64,000 nucleotides of DNA from Antedon mediterranea. Lineage: Eukaryota > Animalia > Echinodermata. The stretch lies in contig NC_092678.1 of the NCBI RefSeq assembly GCF_964355755.1, positions 20,291,365-20,355,364 of the forward strand. The letters run 5' to 3'. The notes beneath the pieces were generated by a model that ran no database searches, was not told the DNA's origin, and saw only the letters and a program-made list of their open reading frames with translations. Positions 37,948 through 50,818 of the stretch are shown here, in pieces; position 1 is the stretch's first letter; every line of letters begins with the position of its first letter. The position numbers and the translations under genes were made by a program.

Positions 37948-40900
37948 AATCTCAGAAACAACATATTAACATGTAGAAGGAATTTGAATACGTAAAATAT
38001 AGATGCGCGCTCTTTTAAATGTGATGAACTATGACGCAAAAGGTGAAAATACGACATTTTTTAGTCAACTGGCCATATGATGACGTCATAACATCTGATT
38101 AGCAAAATTTTCACATGAATTCGTATCTACAATCCAATAGCTTCCAGAAAACGTTTTAATCATGATTATCACTTTTTATTCTTACGAGCTATAACAGATT
38201 GAAATGTACTGTAAAGATGAAAATAAGTGACCCATGTTATTTACATTTTTAGACATGATGACGTCATAAAAATTTAAATATTTTTAACTCATGCGAAAGA
38301 TAGTTGATTGACCTAGACAGTATTAAAATCTTGCAGAAAATGGAATACGGATAAGCGTGATGCGCTCCATTGAATGTGATGAGCAATAACGAAAGAGACA
38401 AAAATCCTATATTTTATATTCGTGTGGCCATACGATGACGTCAAAATGTCCTGTTAGCCATATTAATGTATGATTTGATATCTACAACTCATCAACTTCC
38501 AGAATATGTAATAAAAATAACTTTCACCGTTTAGTTTAGAAACTACGACTGTTTAAAAAAAGGCATAATTTTGACGATTTTTTAAGCTTTTTGATCAAAT
38601 ACGCGCGCAAATTATTCAATTCGACGTGCTCGTAATGACGTAATTTTAAGTCGAAATTGTTTAAAAGTTGGTAAAATTACTAGAAAAGGCTGGAAAAACA
38701 TAAATCACGCAAAAAAAGTATGTTTTTAAAGCTACGTGCGCCCCTCGCGCGTAAAAATTTGCGCACGTGTGGGAATTTTTGACATGCTCGAAATGACAAG
38801 AAATGCATAGAAAGTTGATTTTTCGCATTTTAAAATTTTAAATGCGCGTGCGCGCGTAACTTTGTGTGAAACATGCCATTTTTAATCCACAGAAAGTTGA
38901 CTCTTGATATGAATCAAATTTTCACCAAGTCTCAATACAAAATGACTTTCGGTTTTTAATCTATGATCAATCATTTAAATTCATAAAATTGCGCGCAAGT
39001 CACGTTGTGCAACTCTGACGTTTTTCAAAAATAGGAGGTGCACAACTTCACGTAAATATCTATATGTTGACAAAGTTATGATATGTTCTGTTCACACATT
39101 TTAGAGAAACAGGGCTCACAAAAAAAGGAAGAAAGACAGAAGAATAATACAGAACTAGACATGAAACTCGTCACTTTGACGAGTTAGTTATCCGCACGAC
39201 AAACGCCACGTGCACGTCATACATTGGACACAGAAAAAGATTATGGCATATTGACATGAACTGAAGAGTATAATAATATTATACATATTATGTTGTTAGT
39301 GCTAAATGCTGTATATTTTGTGTCATATACTATTTACAGTATACATAGTATAATCTGTATACATATTAATACAGTGTAGGATAGGCGAAATTACGGGACC
39401 CGCCATTTATTCCAATTTTTAACATGGCGACGGTATCAAAATGAAAAACTAAGATAGTAATTTCGGCAGGAAATTATCTCAGCAACAACATATTACCGTG
39501 TACAAGAAATTTGAATACGTAAAATATAGATGCGCGCTCTTTTAAATGTGATGAACTATGACGCAAAATATGAAAATACGAATTTCTTTATTTAACTGGC
39601 CATATGATGACGTCACAACATCCGATTTGCCAAATTGTTACATAATTTCGTATCTACAATCCAATAGCTTCCAGAAAAAGTTTTAATCGTGATTATCACA
39701 TTTTATTCTTACGAGCTATAACAGATTAAAATTTACTGTAAAGATGAAATTGATGCCACATGTGATTTAAATTTTTAGGCATGATGACGTCAAAAAAATT
39801 AAAATATTTTTAACTCATGCGAAAGATAGTTGATTGACCTACACAATATCAAAATCGGGGTGAAAATGGAAAACGGATAAGTGGAGATGCGCTCTATTCA
39901 ATGTGATGAGCTATGACGAAAGATACAAAAATCCTAAATTTTATATTCGCGTGACCATACGATGACGTCACAATGTCCCGTTAGCCATATTAATACCTGA
40001 TCCGATATCTACAACTCATCTACTTCTAGAATATGTCATCCACAAAAATTTGACCGTCTAGTTTAGAAATTTTTTAACCTTTTCATAAAAAACGCGCGCA
40101 AATTGTCCAATTCGACGTGCTCGTATGACGTATCTTTAAGTCGAAATTGTTTAAAATTGGTTAAAATTACTAGAAAAGGCTGGAAAAACATAAATCACGC
40201 GAAAAAAATACGTTTTCAATGCTACGTGCGCACCGCACACGTAAAAATGTGCGCACGCGTGGGAATTTTTGACATGCTTAACACGACATGAAACGCGTAG
40301 AAAGTTGATTAGAAATTAATTTTGCGCATTTTGAAATTTTAAATGCGCGTGCGAGCGTAACTTTGTGTAAAACACGCAATTTTTTTTCAACATAAAGTTA
40401 GCGCATGATATAAATTAAACTTTTGCGAAGTTTCAAGTTGAAATGTTATTTGGTTTTCAACATATGTTAAATACGAGAAAATCGTTAAATCGCGCGTACG
40501 TCACGTTGCGCAATTGCAAACATCATGAAAAGCTTCGCTTGACGACGTTACGTAAATGTCAATATGTTAAGATAGTTACCGAAATGTTATGTTTGCGAGT
40601 TTTAGAGAAAAGCGTTACACAAAAATCATACAGAAAGAAAGAAGAAAAATAAAAAGATGATGATTTCGTACAATCACAAGAGGTTATCCTGCAACTTCGT
40701 TGCGGATAACCAAAAAAAAAGATGTTGATTTCGTACAATCACAAGGAGTTATCCTGCAACTTCGTTGCGGATAACTAACTAGATTTGAACTCGTCACTTT
40801 GACGAGTTCGGGTTATCCGCGCATACGCAACATGTACATACTTTAAACTATATGAACCTCGACAATTATTATGCCATCCTTTGACATGTTTACAGTGCTT

Positions 40901-43900
40901 AATTGTACCTATTATGTAGCATACACCATATTACAGTATTTTACAGAATAAACTGTATATGTTATATACAGTGTAGCATAGACGAAATTACGAGACCCAT
41001 CTTTTGAATCCAATTATTAACACGATGACATCATCAAATTGACATATAAAGATAACCATTTTAGAAGATAATTATCTAAATAATTATATTAAAACAAATT
41101 TGAAGAATTTTGGGAACGTAAAAGTGAGATGCGCTCTCGTTTAAACGCAATGAACTTTGACGCAAGAGATGAAAATATGACTTTTTGAATTCAACTGGCC
41201 ATATGATGACGTCACAACATCTGATTGGCAAAATATTTACATCAATTCATATCTACAATCCAATAGCTTCCAGAAAACGTTGTAATCATGATTATCACTT
41301 TTTAATCCGACGAGCTATAACAGATTGAAATTTACTGTAAAGATGAAAATAAGTGACCCAAGTTATTTACGTTTTTAGACATGATGACGTCATAAAAATT
41401 AAAATTTTTTTAATTCATGCGAAAGATAGTTGATTGACGTAGACAATATTACAATTTCGGGGGAAATGGAATACGTATAAGCGAGATGCGCTTTGTTGAA
41501 TGTGATGAGCAATAACGAAAGAGTAAAAAATCCTATATTTTACATTCGTGTGGCCATACGATGACGTCATTACATCCGAGTGGTAAAGATTCTGCATGAA
41601 TTCATATCTACAACATATCTGCTTACATATTAAATTTAAAAAATTGGGGGTCGTGGATGATCCTGAGGAGCTATAATAGATTAAAAATAGGCTTAATTTT
41701 GACAATATTTTATAACTTTTTCAACTAAAACGGGCGCAATTTGTATAAATCAACGTGTTCGTATGACGTCATTTTAATTCGCAATGATGTCAATCCTTTT
41801 TTAAATTACTAGGAAAGGCTGGAAAATCACAATTCAAGAGAAAAAAACATGTTTTTCATGTTCCGTGCGCACCTTACGCGTAAATCTTTTCGCGCGCGCG
41901 GTAATTTTTGACATGCTCAAAATGTCATGATCAGCGCAGAAAGTTGATTAGAAATTAATTTTGCGCATTTTGAAATTTTAAATGCGCGTGCGCGCGTAAC
42001 TTCTTGTAAAACATGCCATTTTTAATCCATAGAAAGTTTGCCCTTGATATGACTTAAATTTTCACCAAGTGTCAATACAAAATGACTTTTATTTTTTATT
42101 CTATGATCAATCATTGAAATTCATAAAATCGCGCGTAAGTCACGTTGCGCAACTCTGACGTCATTCAAAATATGGAGGTGCACAACTTCAGGTAAATGAC
42201 CATATAATGACAAAGTTATACAAAAGATATATTCACAAGCAATAGGGGATATGCTGCTCACAAAAATCAGGGAAAGAAAGAAGAACAAAGAAGATGATGA
42301 AAAAAAAGATATTTACAATCACATGGGTTATCCTGCAACTAAGTTGCGGATAACCAACTAGATTTGAACTCGTCACTTTGACGAGTTCGGGTTATCCGCG
42401 CAAACGCAACATGCACATACTTTAAACTATATGAACTTCGACAATTATTATGCCATCCTATGACATGAATTAAGAATGTTTACAGTGCTGAATTGTACCT
42501 ATTTTGTAGCATACAGCATATTACAGTGTTTACAGAATACACTGTATGTTATATACAGTGTAGAATAGACGAAATTACGAGACCCATCTTTTAAATCCAA
42601 TTATTAACACGATGACGTCATCAAATTGGCATATAAAGATAACAATTTTAGAAGATAATTATCTAAATAATTACATCAATATAAATTTTAAGAATTTTGG
42701 GCACGTGAAAGTGAGATGCGCTCTCGTTTAAACGCAATGAACTTTTACGCAAGAGATGAAAATATGACTTTTTGAATTTAACTGGCCATATGATGACATC
42801 ACAACATCTGATTGGCAAAATATTCACATGAATTCGTATCTACAATCCAATATCTTCCAGAAAACGTTTTAATCATGATTATCACTTTTTATTCTGACGA
42901 GCTATAACAGATTGAAATTTTCTGTAAAGATGAAAATAAGTGACCCACGTTATTTACATTTTTAGACATGATGACCTCATAAAAATTAAAATATTTTTAA
43001 CTCATTTGAAAGATAGTTGATTGACGTAGACAATATTAAAATCTCGGGGGAAATGGAATACGTATAAGCAAGATGCGCTCTGTTGAATGTGATGAGCAAT
43101 AACGAAAGAGACAAAAATCCTATATTTTACATTCGTGTGGCCATACGATGACGTCATAACATCCGAGAGGTAAAAATGTTGTATGAATTCATATCTACAA
43201 TTTATCTTCTTACATAATAAATTAAAACAATTGGGGGTCACCATTGATCCTGAAGAGCTATAATAGATTCAAAATAGACATTATTTTGACAATTAATTTT
43301 GCGCATTTTGAAATTTTAAATGCGTGTGCGCGCGTAACTTCTTGTAAAACATGCCATTTTTAATCCATAGAAAGTTTGCCCTTGATATGACTTAAATTTT
43401 CACCAAGTGTCAATACAAAATGACTTTTATCCTATGATCAATCATTGAAATTCATAAAATCGCGCGTAAGTCACGTTGCGCAACTCTGACGTCATTCAAA
43501 ATATGGAGGTGCACAACTTCAGGTAAATGTCCATATAATGACAAAGTTATAAAATGTTATGTTTACACATTTTAGAGAAACGTGACTCACACAAAAAAAT
43601 GGGAAAGAAATAAGAACTAGACATGAAACTCGTCACATTGACGAGTTAGTTATCCGCACCACGACAAACGCCACGTGCACGTCATAAGTTGGAATATTGC
43701 ACACAGATAAAGATTATGGAATTATGACAAGAACTGAAGAATATGATATGCTGTTAGTGCTGAATTCTGTCAATTTTGTGTCATATAGTATATACGGTAC
43801 ATGCAAACAGTATAATCTGTATACATATTACATACAGTGTAGAATAGGTGAAATTACGGGACCCGCCATTTATTCCAATTTTTAACATGGCGACGGTATC

Positions 43901-46720
43901 AAAATGAAACACTTAGATAACAATTTCAGAAGGAAATAATCTCAGGAACAACATATTAACGTGTAGAAGAAATTTGAATACGTAAAATATAGATGCGCAC
44001 CCTTTTAAATGTGATGAACTATTACGCAAAATATGAAAATACGTCTTTTTTTATTCAACTGGCCATATGATGACGTCACAACACCTGATTGGCAAACTGT
44101 TTATATGAATTCGTATATACAGTCCAATAGCTTCCAGAAAACGTTTTAATCATGATTATCACTTATTATTCTGACGAGCTATAACAGATTGAAACTTACT
44201 GTAAAGATGAAAATACGTGATAATATGCTTTACATTTTTAGACATAATGACGTCATAAAAATTAAAATATTTTTTACTCATGGAAAGATAATTGATTGAC
44301 CTACATAATATTAAATATCGGAGGAAATGGAATACGGATAACCGAGATGCGCTCTATTGAAAGTGATGAGCAATAACGAAAGAGACAAAAATCCTATATT
44401 TTACATTCGTGTGGCCATACGATGACGTCATAACTTCCGAGAGGTAAAAATTCTGCATGAATTTATATCTACAATTTATCTTCTTGCATAATAAGTTAAA
44501 ACAAATTGGGGTCACCTTTGATCCTGACGAGCTATAATAGATTCAAAATAGGCATAATTTTGACAATATTTTGTCACTTTTGCAACTAAAACGCATGCAA
44601 ATGGTCTAAATCAACGTGTACGTATGACGTCATTTTAACTTGAAATGATGTCAATCTTGTTTAAAATGACTACGAAAGGCTGGACACTCAAAATTCAAGA
44701 AAAAAAACATGGTTTTCATACTCCGTGCGCCCCTTACGCGTAATTTTTTTCGCGCGCGTGGGAATTTTTGACATGCTCAAAATGTCATGATCAGCGTAGA
44801 AAGTTGATTAGAAATTAATTTTGCGCATTTTGAAATTTTAAATGCGCGTGCGCGCGTAACTTCTTGTAAAAAATGCCATTTTTAATCCATAGAATATTTG
44901 CACTTGATATGACTTAAATTTTCACAAAGTGTCAAAACAAAATTACGCTTGGTTTTTAATCTATGGTCAATCATAGTCACGTTGCGCAACTCTGACGTCA
45001 TTCAAAAATAGGAGGTGCACAACTTCACGTATATGCACATATGTTGACAAAGTTATGAAATGTTATGTTTACAAGTTTTTGAGATACGTGAGACACAAAA
45101 ATGGGGGAGAAAGAAATAAGAACTAGACATGTAACTCGTCACTTTGACGAGTTAGTTATCCGCACGACAAACGCCACGTGCACGTCATACGTTGGAATAT
45201 TCCACACGGAAAAAGATTATGGCATTACTGTATGACCTGAACTGATGAATATGATATGTTGTTAGTGCTGAATTCTGTCAATTTTGTGTCATATAGTATA
45301 TAGTACAAACAGTAAATCTGTATACATATTACATACAGTGTAAAATAGGTGAAATTACGGGACCCCCCGTTTATTCCTATTTTTAACATGGCGACGGTAT
45401 CAAAATGAAACACTAAGATAGCAATTTCGGATGAATATTATCTCAGTAACAACATATTAACATGTAGAAGAAATTTGAATACGTAAAATATAGATGCGCG
45501 CTCTTTTAAATGTGATGAACTATGACGCAAAAGATGAAAATACGACTTTTTTTATTCAACTGGCCATATGATGACGTCACAACGTCGGATTGGAAAAATG
45601 TTGACATGAATTTGTATTTACAATACAATAGCTTCCAGAAAACGTTTTAATCATGATTACCGCTTTTTATTCTGACGAGCTATAACAGATTGAAAGTTAC
45701 TGTAAAGATGAAAATAAGTGACCCACGTTATTTACATTTTTAGACATGATGACGTCAAAAAAATTAAAATATTTTTAACCCATGCGAAAGGTAGTTGATT
45801 GACCTAGAAAATATCAAAATCTGGGTTAAAATGAAAAAAGGATAAGTGGAGATGCGCTCTATTAAATGTGATGCTCTATGACGAAAGATACAAAAATCCT
45901 ATATTTTATATTCGCATGGCCATACGATGACGTCAAAATGTCCTGTTAGCAATATTGATGCATGATACGATATCTACAACTCATCATCTTCCAGAATACG
46001 TAATAAAAATAACTTTTACCGTTTAGTTTAGAAACTAAGACTGTTTTAAAAAAGGTATAATTTTGACAAATTTTAAGGAATTTTTTAACTTTTTCATCAA
46101 AAACGTACGTAAATTATCCAATTCGACGTGCTCGTATGACGTTAATTTTAAGTCGAAACTGTTTAAAAGTTGGTAAAAGTACTTGAAATGGCTGGAAAAA
46201 CATAAATCACGAGAAAAAAATTGTTTTCAACGCTACGTGCGCACAACGTGCGTAAAAATATGCGCTCGTGTGGGAATTTTTTACATGCTCAAAATGACAT
46301 AAAACGCGTAGAAAGTTGATTAGAAATTGATTTTTTCGCATTTTGAAATTTTAAACGCGCGTGCGCGCGTAACTTCGTGTGAAACATGCCATTTTTTTCC
46401 CACAGTCAGTTAGCGCAAGATATAACTTAAAGTTTTTCTAAGTTTCAAATTAAAATGTTATATGGTTTTCGATCTATGTTAAATACGCGAAATTCATAAA
46501 AACGCGCGTAAGTCACGTTTCGCAACTCTGACGTCATTCACAATAGCAGGTGCACAACTTCACGTGAATGCCCACATGTTGACAAAGTTATAAAATGTTA
46601 TGTTTACACGTTTTTGAGTTACACGTGACACAAAAATGACAGAAAGAAAGAAGAATACAGAAAAAAAAAAGATTATGAAACAGGACAGTTACAAGGAGTT
46701 ATCCGCTGAATGCGGATAAC
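37948..46720 (-). mobile_element. Head-to-tail/nested array of six non-autonomous Helentron/Helitron2-like elements (boundaries near 39153, 40777, 42356, 43615, 45121)
   Basis: Diverged 1.2-1.6 kb units. On the minus strand each ends GCGGATAAC-hairpin(ACTCGTCA-AAG-TGACGAGT)-CTAGTT, and complete ones begin GTTATCCGC (asymmetric inverted repeat). No TSD, no ORF. Confidence 0.78.
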
Positions 46721-47432
46721 AGTTTCCACTTCCCCTTTTGTTAAGCCAAGCATGAAACCAATCCTTGCTACTTTTTTCCCAATGTGTTTTGAGATTTCAG
46801 AAACATGTTCCGGTTCAACTCTTGCCCTATCCTCTATGAAAATAAAATATGTTTTTATTCAATAATAATAATAAATTTGGACTTTTAAGCACATAATGTC
46901 ATAAATGCGCTTCACATAAAAAAAGTAATCCATGAAATAAATAAAATAAAAATTAAATATAAGGATCTATTTTTTTTTTTTTATTTATCTTCCGCCGACA
47001 AAAATAGGGTGAAATCAAATGACAGAAATCTATTTAGGCGTTACTGTATACCATTAAAAACAAATTATAGGTACGCTATATGAAAACAAAAAAGTGTTTT
47101 AAGCAATAATTCATAGAAGTTAAAACACATTATGTTTAATTTTTTAAAGCACGCAAATCAAAGAATATTGAACGATCTTAATTCTTACGATAGCACCATT
47201 TTGGTAGAACCACTGATAATTGACTGTTTTCTGGTATATCAGGAAGGCTGGAGGTCGAGGAACGTCGTCTTGGAAACCTCTTTTTTAAAGCAGCAGATTT
47301 CCCTAAATTTCCACTACCTTTTTTGACGAAAACGTCATCAGACTTCATAAGTGGCTCTTGTTCCTCAATCGCTAAATAATAATAATATAATTTCAATATT
47401 ACACATATCTTTTTAATTGTCAAAATGATTGA
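46721..47432 (-). pseudogene. Inverted near-identical duplicate of ~12664-13373 (linker exon plus 5' part of the death-domain exon)
   Basis: Reverse complement matches with only a few substitutions. Truncated within the DD exon exactly at the Helentron terminus. Confidence 0.92.
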
Positions 47433-48147
47433 AATCTTGAAAAGATCCTCTAAAGATGATGAAACTTGTCGTAGAGTTAACAAAAATGTGAACAAGGTAG
47501 ACATTTTAGGCCAGACATGTGTAGAGTTTCCATCAGACCTCCCAACCCCAGGATAAGTCAGGAGTCTCCTGATATATCAAGTCATCTTCCACTAATCTCC
47601 TGCTAAAATAGAATTTCTCCCAATTTGTTTATGCAAAAAAACATCCTTATGGATAAATGTATTACTTTAGGCTCTACTACAAGGCAAGGCAAAAATGTAT
47701 TGCTCTAAAGCATTTACATCTGCCATACCCATTGTTTACTAGAATTATTAGTGATAGCACCTCTATAGTTTTTATTGCACCTTCTCTTGTTTTAAATGCT
47801 ATCATAAACAATTATTCTAATATTTCATTTATTTAACTTGGGGCCTCTGTCTTTTCTGAAGATAGTATTGCATGACAATAGAAGTAAGACAATAAATAGC
47901 AGACTTGAATTGGGGTGTGAGAAGGTATGGAGATAGGAATGGATCAGGGAAGGTGTTGCTGAGGATATCAAAAGAATTTGTGCAAAAAAAGCAGTAGAAA
48001 AAGCTATAGAAATTCAAATTCTATTCATTTCCGCAGTTTTCCTGAATTCAATCTTTATTAACATATGATGCAGTGAAATGTATATAAATGTAAAGTTTTA
48101 TATCAATATGGCAATACTTAATTTTTTCTGAATGTTTGTTTATTCAG

Positions 48148-50818
48148 GTAATGATAATGTACAAAATACTACTACTCCTGCACAAGGTATGTGTACTCTT
48201 TGTTTATTTTCATCATTATATAATATCATAATTACATATATATTGTATACAATATAATACTGTATTTATTTTTGTTAATGAACAGGTACAGTTCATTATT
48301 TTAATTGCTCACTATTCACTTTTCATTCTGAATAGACAAAATGATATAAATTAAAACTAATTATTTTTTTTTTAAAATCAGATAGTGTATTTGAAGAGGA
48401 AAATGACAAGACTGAAGGTAAGTTGGATAGTCAAAAATGGACACAAATTCTCTGTGGGAGGGGGTTTTAGACGTTTTATAGACCATAGATATTAAGAAAT
48501 CAGTTATTTCTTGCCAATAGTCTAATACAAGTGTTATATGGTAGAAAGAAATTAGGCCCCTACTTGTTGATTTATGTATCAAATTTAACGCTCGGACAGA
48601 AAGGTCTAATATTAGTTAACTTACAACATAAATTAATCAACTAGCGTTCACACGATTGTTTTATGGGAATTTTCCAATGAACAAACTAAGTCATCACAAC
48701 GCTATTCCTGGGACGATTCGTCCCAGGGATTCTTTTTGTGCTTCACGAAAATTGTACATAATTTTTGCCCTAAATTCACCCATGAATAGGAGAGTCAAAA
48801 TAAATCATTGAACAAGAGTACAAATACTGAAATGTTATTACTGTTGTTTTAGGAACTGACAATCCTGAGAAAAAGCCTCTTATGAATCCTAATGGAAGTT
48901 CTGTGAAACAAACTAATGGAAGTTCAAGGAAGGGTAAAAGAAGTCTTATGAGCCAACGTTCATCCATCTCCAGTCTTCCTGATTTACCTGAAGATGGACC
49001 TCTAAGTCTACCTAGCTGGTGTTACCGTAAGATAAAGATATTTAAACCTACCTTATTATTGAAATGATATCTGTCAACATCAAGTATGCCATCTTCTTTC
49101 TAAGAAGCATACAAGATTGTTTTCATTCATAAGTTTTCTTTTTTATAGAGGACAATGCAAGAGTTCAAAAGGAACACATATTAAACATCGCACCACACAT
49201 TGGGAAAGAAGTAACAAGGATGGGTTTAAAACTTAACTTTACAAATGGTGAAATGGAAACTATTGAGCATAAGCACGATTCAGATCTATTGAAACAAAAT
49301 TTAGTGGTATTACAGCAGTGGGTGGAAAAAACAGGTGTTCATGCTAAGAAGGGTGTTCTTGCACAGGCTCTTGATGATGTTGGAAAAGCAGAGTTTGCGA
49401 TGAAATATTTGTGGTCTGATCAAGAATGGAAACAAGGTATTTAATTGAGTTAAACATTTTCAAAAACTTTTTTTTCATAATATTGTATTGTTTTTAATAT
49501 TTTGTTTACCATATTTATATTTAAAGAGAAATCTAGTCTTATTGCTGTTTAATATTTTGTTTAGGAATGTCAAATTTTGTCACATTTTGGGAAACAAGAA
49601 AAAGTCAGGAATTTGAGGTCAAACTTGATTCTGGTTAGTATTCTCTGATGAAATATGGTCAAATGATTAAATTCGAAATCAAAGACCCTAGACCTATATT
49701 TTTTACCTATTTTAAGGTCACACACTACATTTATGTAAAATAAATACTATATTGACCTATTGCGATAATTTCTTTCTTTAAATGGTTAAAGTGTAAAAAA
49801 ATAAGTCATTTCTAATAATTTAGGCAGCCCGCTCTAATTCCCAACATGCATTTGATGATATTTCTATTGGTATCTTCTTCTTTTTGCTAAAAAAAACCCC
49901 CCAAAAAACAGGATTATGTTTAATCATAATCACCAATAAATTAATATTTTTAATCTTCTCTGTTCCTTCTTATTTTGTCCCAAATAGCGATGACATATTC
50001 CTCGTTTATAATGAATGATATATTCACAATGTTTAGAATTTATAAATTATTTTATAGGTTATTTTGGTGGCAAGGACTGGACAAAGCAAAGCACATGGCA
50101 AGGGATCTGGGATATTATGTTAGAAAACGACTATGGAAGTTTTAGACAACTAAAATTAGCTTGCGGCACTGTAGAGCTACAACAACCTTGTCTTCATTGT
50201 ATACAAAGATGTCCGTATTTTAACCCTTCAAGTCATAGTTTGGATCACGATTCAGTACCACTGATGAATTCACAGTGCGAAAATCGAAAACCTGTTAGTG
50301 TTCCTCATGGGGTTAATTGTTTATTTTCTGCCGCATCTATTATTTATTCCGGTTCAGAAGATCATTTCCTTGAGTTAAAACTACGAACAGTTATTGAGTT
50401 GACCTATCATAAAGATTATTATTTGAATCAAGAAACACTTATCCATTGTATAAAAGCTGAGTATGCACTGAGTCCAGAAGAGAACATTAAATTAACCAAA
50501 CCGAAACATATAGAAGCACATTTTGAAAGTTTAGTTCGGAAAACATTAGGTAACCAAAGTGATTTCAGCCTACTGGGAAACTCCATCCATTTGTTCGGCC
50601 TTGCTTCAGTTCTAAACTGTAACATTCAGTCCGTCTATCCTACAATAGGTGCATCTGAAACAAGCCCTTTGAATGTACTTATCACTCCACGTAAAAAGGA
50701 GATAGAAGATCCAGCAACTGTTTTCATTATGTGGTCTAGGCACACACCAATACCTGAAGATGGACAGTTTGTTCCTAACCACTTTGTCCCTCTTCTTCAA
50801 ATACCAACCACACATTAG
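48148..50818 (+). CDS. 3' exons: 48148-48186, 48382-48417, linker 48853-49026, death domain 49149-49436, vertnin/OTU-like terminal exon 50058-50818
   Basis: All junctions phase 1 and in frame. The last exon has P.SV.HGVNCLF.AAS...G.E....ELKLRT.IEL, HLFGLASVL...I.SVYP, IMWS and FVPNHFVPL, typical of vertnin-like OTU-fold domains. Confidence 0.82.

Noticed and set aside
40103-45413. Short ORFs in the Helentron array
   Set aside because: Frames are not conserved between units; no Rep or helicase motifs.
12664-47432. Simple inversion of the region between the inverted duplicates
   Set aside because: The intervening exons are on the same strand as the flanking exons.
47433-47496. Exon remnant ending AACAAG/GTAGAC
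   Set aside because: Open only in phase 0, unlike the neighbouring phase-1 exons, and its acceptor is missing; cannot be assigned.
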